Source of the DNA: an uncultured Bacteriovoracaceae bacterium
Lineage (GTDB): Bacteria > Bdellovibrionota > UBA2428
Assembly: GCA_964407615.1 (NCBI GenBank)
Contig: CAYOWH010000001.1
Coordinates: forward strand, 85,171 to 149,170
Length of the DNA: 64,000 bases
Direction of reading: 5' to 3'
A program made the position numbers and the translations under genes. Of this stretch, positions 63,305 through 64,000 are shown piece after piece. Positions within the stretch are counted from its first letter, which is position 1. Every line of letters starts with the position of its first letter. Under the pieces are notes generated by a model. The model was not told the origin of the DNA and searched no databases. It saw nothing but the letters and a program-made list of their open reading frames with translations.

Positions 63305-63712
63305 TTAAATACCTCCTAATTGCCAAACAATTACAAAACAAGAATTGCCTACATTTGCTGTTACAGTATTTCCTGTAATGATCGCAAGAGAAGAATTTGA
63401 TGCTCCTTGCAAATCAAAAGTTGCACAAGCATAACCTTCATCAACATTAATACTTTTAGTAATAGAAGCAGTTCCACAAGTAATATTAGTTATATTCATA
63501 AATGGATCATAATAATATATTTCTACAAAATAACTAAAACCCGGAGGTAAACTTATTATATTGCTTAGAGGAATTGATCCATTTGTAACTGTTGTAGCAT
63601 TAGTAATATTTAAATGCTTTCTTTGAAAAAGTATTGTACTAGTTTGCATAATAAAAGTAGCATATTTGGGAACTATAGTTAGAGAACCACTTTGTAAGTT
63701 AATAAATGTCAT
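63305..63712 (-). CDS. Small beta-rich knob-like protein (135 aa)
   Basis: GSIPLSNIISLPPGFSYFVEIYYYD...EGYACATFDLQGASNSSLAIITG...CFVIVWQLGGI shows a C1q/TNF-like strand pattern. Chained junctions to its neighbours. Confidence 0.45.
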   Translation of the reverse strand: MTFINLQSGSLTIVPKYATFIMQTSTILFQRKHLNITNATTVTNGSIPLSNIISLPPGFSYFVEIYYYDPFMNITNITCGTASITKSINVDEGYACATFDLQGASNSSLAIITGNTVTANVGNSCFVIVWQLGGI

Positions 63713-63713
63713 T

Positions 63714-64000
63714 TTACACCTTTTTGATTCTTTTTACAGTCATAGACACACTATTAATAGTGTGCACAGGATATGTTGCAGTATTAGAAGTCAAAGCTAT
63801 TCTTGATACAAAAGAAAAATTAGCTCCAATTGGAGTTACCAATGCTCCTCCTGTAGAGCTTCCCCCAAGAAAAAATATGCACTTTGTTTTTTCTGGATTA
63901 CTTAAATCTAAAGTATAATCTTTTATTCCTTGCTGAGAATAATAATCAAAACCAATAACAGGATCACTTGAATTAACTGTTGATTGATATTGATATGCAG
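63714..64000 (-). CDS. 3' part of a further small beta-rich ORF running off the window end (not in the ORF track)
   Basis: My translation of the minus strand from 63998: AYQYQSTVNSSDPVIGFDYYSQQGIKDYTLDLSNPEKTKCIFFLGGSSTGGALVTPIGANFSFVSRIALTSNTATYPVHTINSVSMTVKRIKKV, then TAA (63716-63714), 1 nt before the next ATG. Same strand and spacing style as the rest of the array. Confidence 0.5.
   Translation of the reverse strand, partial: AYQYQSTVNSSDPVIGFDYYSQQGIKDYTLDLSNPEKTKCIFFLGGSSTGGALVTPIGANFSFVSRIALTSNTATYPVHTINSVSMTVKRIKKV

Noticed and set aside
63706-63918. Plus-strand 70-aa hydrophobic ORF at the window end
   Set aside because: The opposite strand carries a longer open frame that runs off the window. 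That frame ends 1 nt before the next minus-strand ATG and matches the composition and junction style of the array, so the plus-strand ORF is most likely its antisense shadow.
1-64000. Assignment as a crAss-like podophage, prompted by the giant DFDGD-containing protein and the primase-helicase
   Set aside because: The window also encodes gpD/XkdQ-like hub, XkdS/gp25-like and Baseplate-J-like proteins and a DnaE polymerase. These fit a baseplate-bearing (myophage-type) virion rather than the crAss podovirus layout, so I make no lineage claim.
61037-64000. Diversity-generating retroelement or shufflon as an explanation for the array of small knob-like ORFs
   Set aside because: I found no reverse transcriptase, no invertase or recombinase, and no near-identical template/variable repeat pair by eye in the window. 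This cannot be excluded for sequence beyond 64000.
1-64000. CRISPR arrays, tRNA/tmRNA genes, integrase or att sites, transposases
   Set aside because: Non-coding space is limited to gaps of 57 bp or less plus the single 214-bp gap. None shows repeat-spacer periodicity or cloverleaf potential, and no ORF has integrase or transposase motifs I could recognise.

Overview
This window reads as part of a large, very AT-rich tailed bacteriophage genome (about 30% GC by eye, not computed). It has almost no non-coding DNA: the only gap over 60 bp is 55867-56080. Two convergent transcription blocks meet at 48365-48375, where their terminal ORFs overlap by 11 nt.

PLUS strand, 1-48375 (late/virion block):
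- Four consecutive genes of 987, 3221, 404 and 3477 codons, about 24 kb in total.
- A contractile-tail-type baseplate series (XkdS/gp25-like, Baseplate-J-like).
- About 18 kb of ORFan baseplate/fibre genes, including three paralogues that share a jelly-roll-like module.
- An 843-aa tail fibre with classic fibre repeats.
- A separately promoted pair of small coiled-coil proteins.

MINUS strand, 48365-64000 (replication/nucleotide block):
- IspD/TarI-like cytidylyltransferase, sigma-like HTH protein, Hjc-type resolvase and ClpP-family protease.
- DUF559/Vsr-like endonuclease and two Cas4-like nucleases.
- DnaG-DnaB primase-helicase, GMP-reductase-like enzyme and Myb-metallophosphoesterase.
- The C-terminal half of a Pol III alpha (DnaE), which begins with a 36-aa split-intein C fragment.
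- Immediately upstream of dnaE-C, a translationally chained array of at least 7 small beta-rich knob-like ORFs. Four of them lie in a visibly GC-richer island.

Most noteworthy:
1. The naturally split DnaE intein, whose N half is not in the window.
2. The knob-like ORF array chained into dnaE-C.
3. A 3221-aa megaprotein with an RNA-polymerase-type DFDGD signature.
4. A 3477-aa megaprotein that fuses an M15/LAS peptidase, transmembrane segments and a split baseplate-hub domain.

I saw no capsid, portal, terminase, sheath, tRNA, CRISPR array or integrase. All family assignments are by-eye motif recognition and need HMM or structure confirmation.
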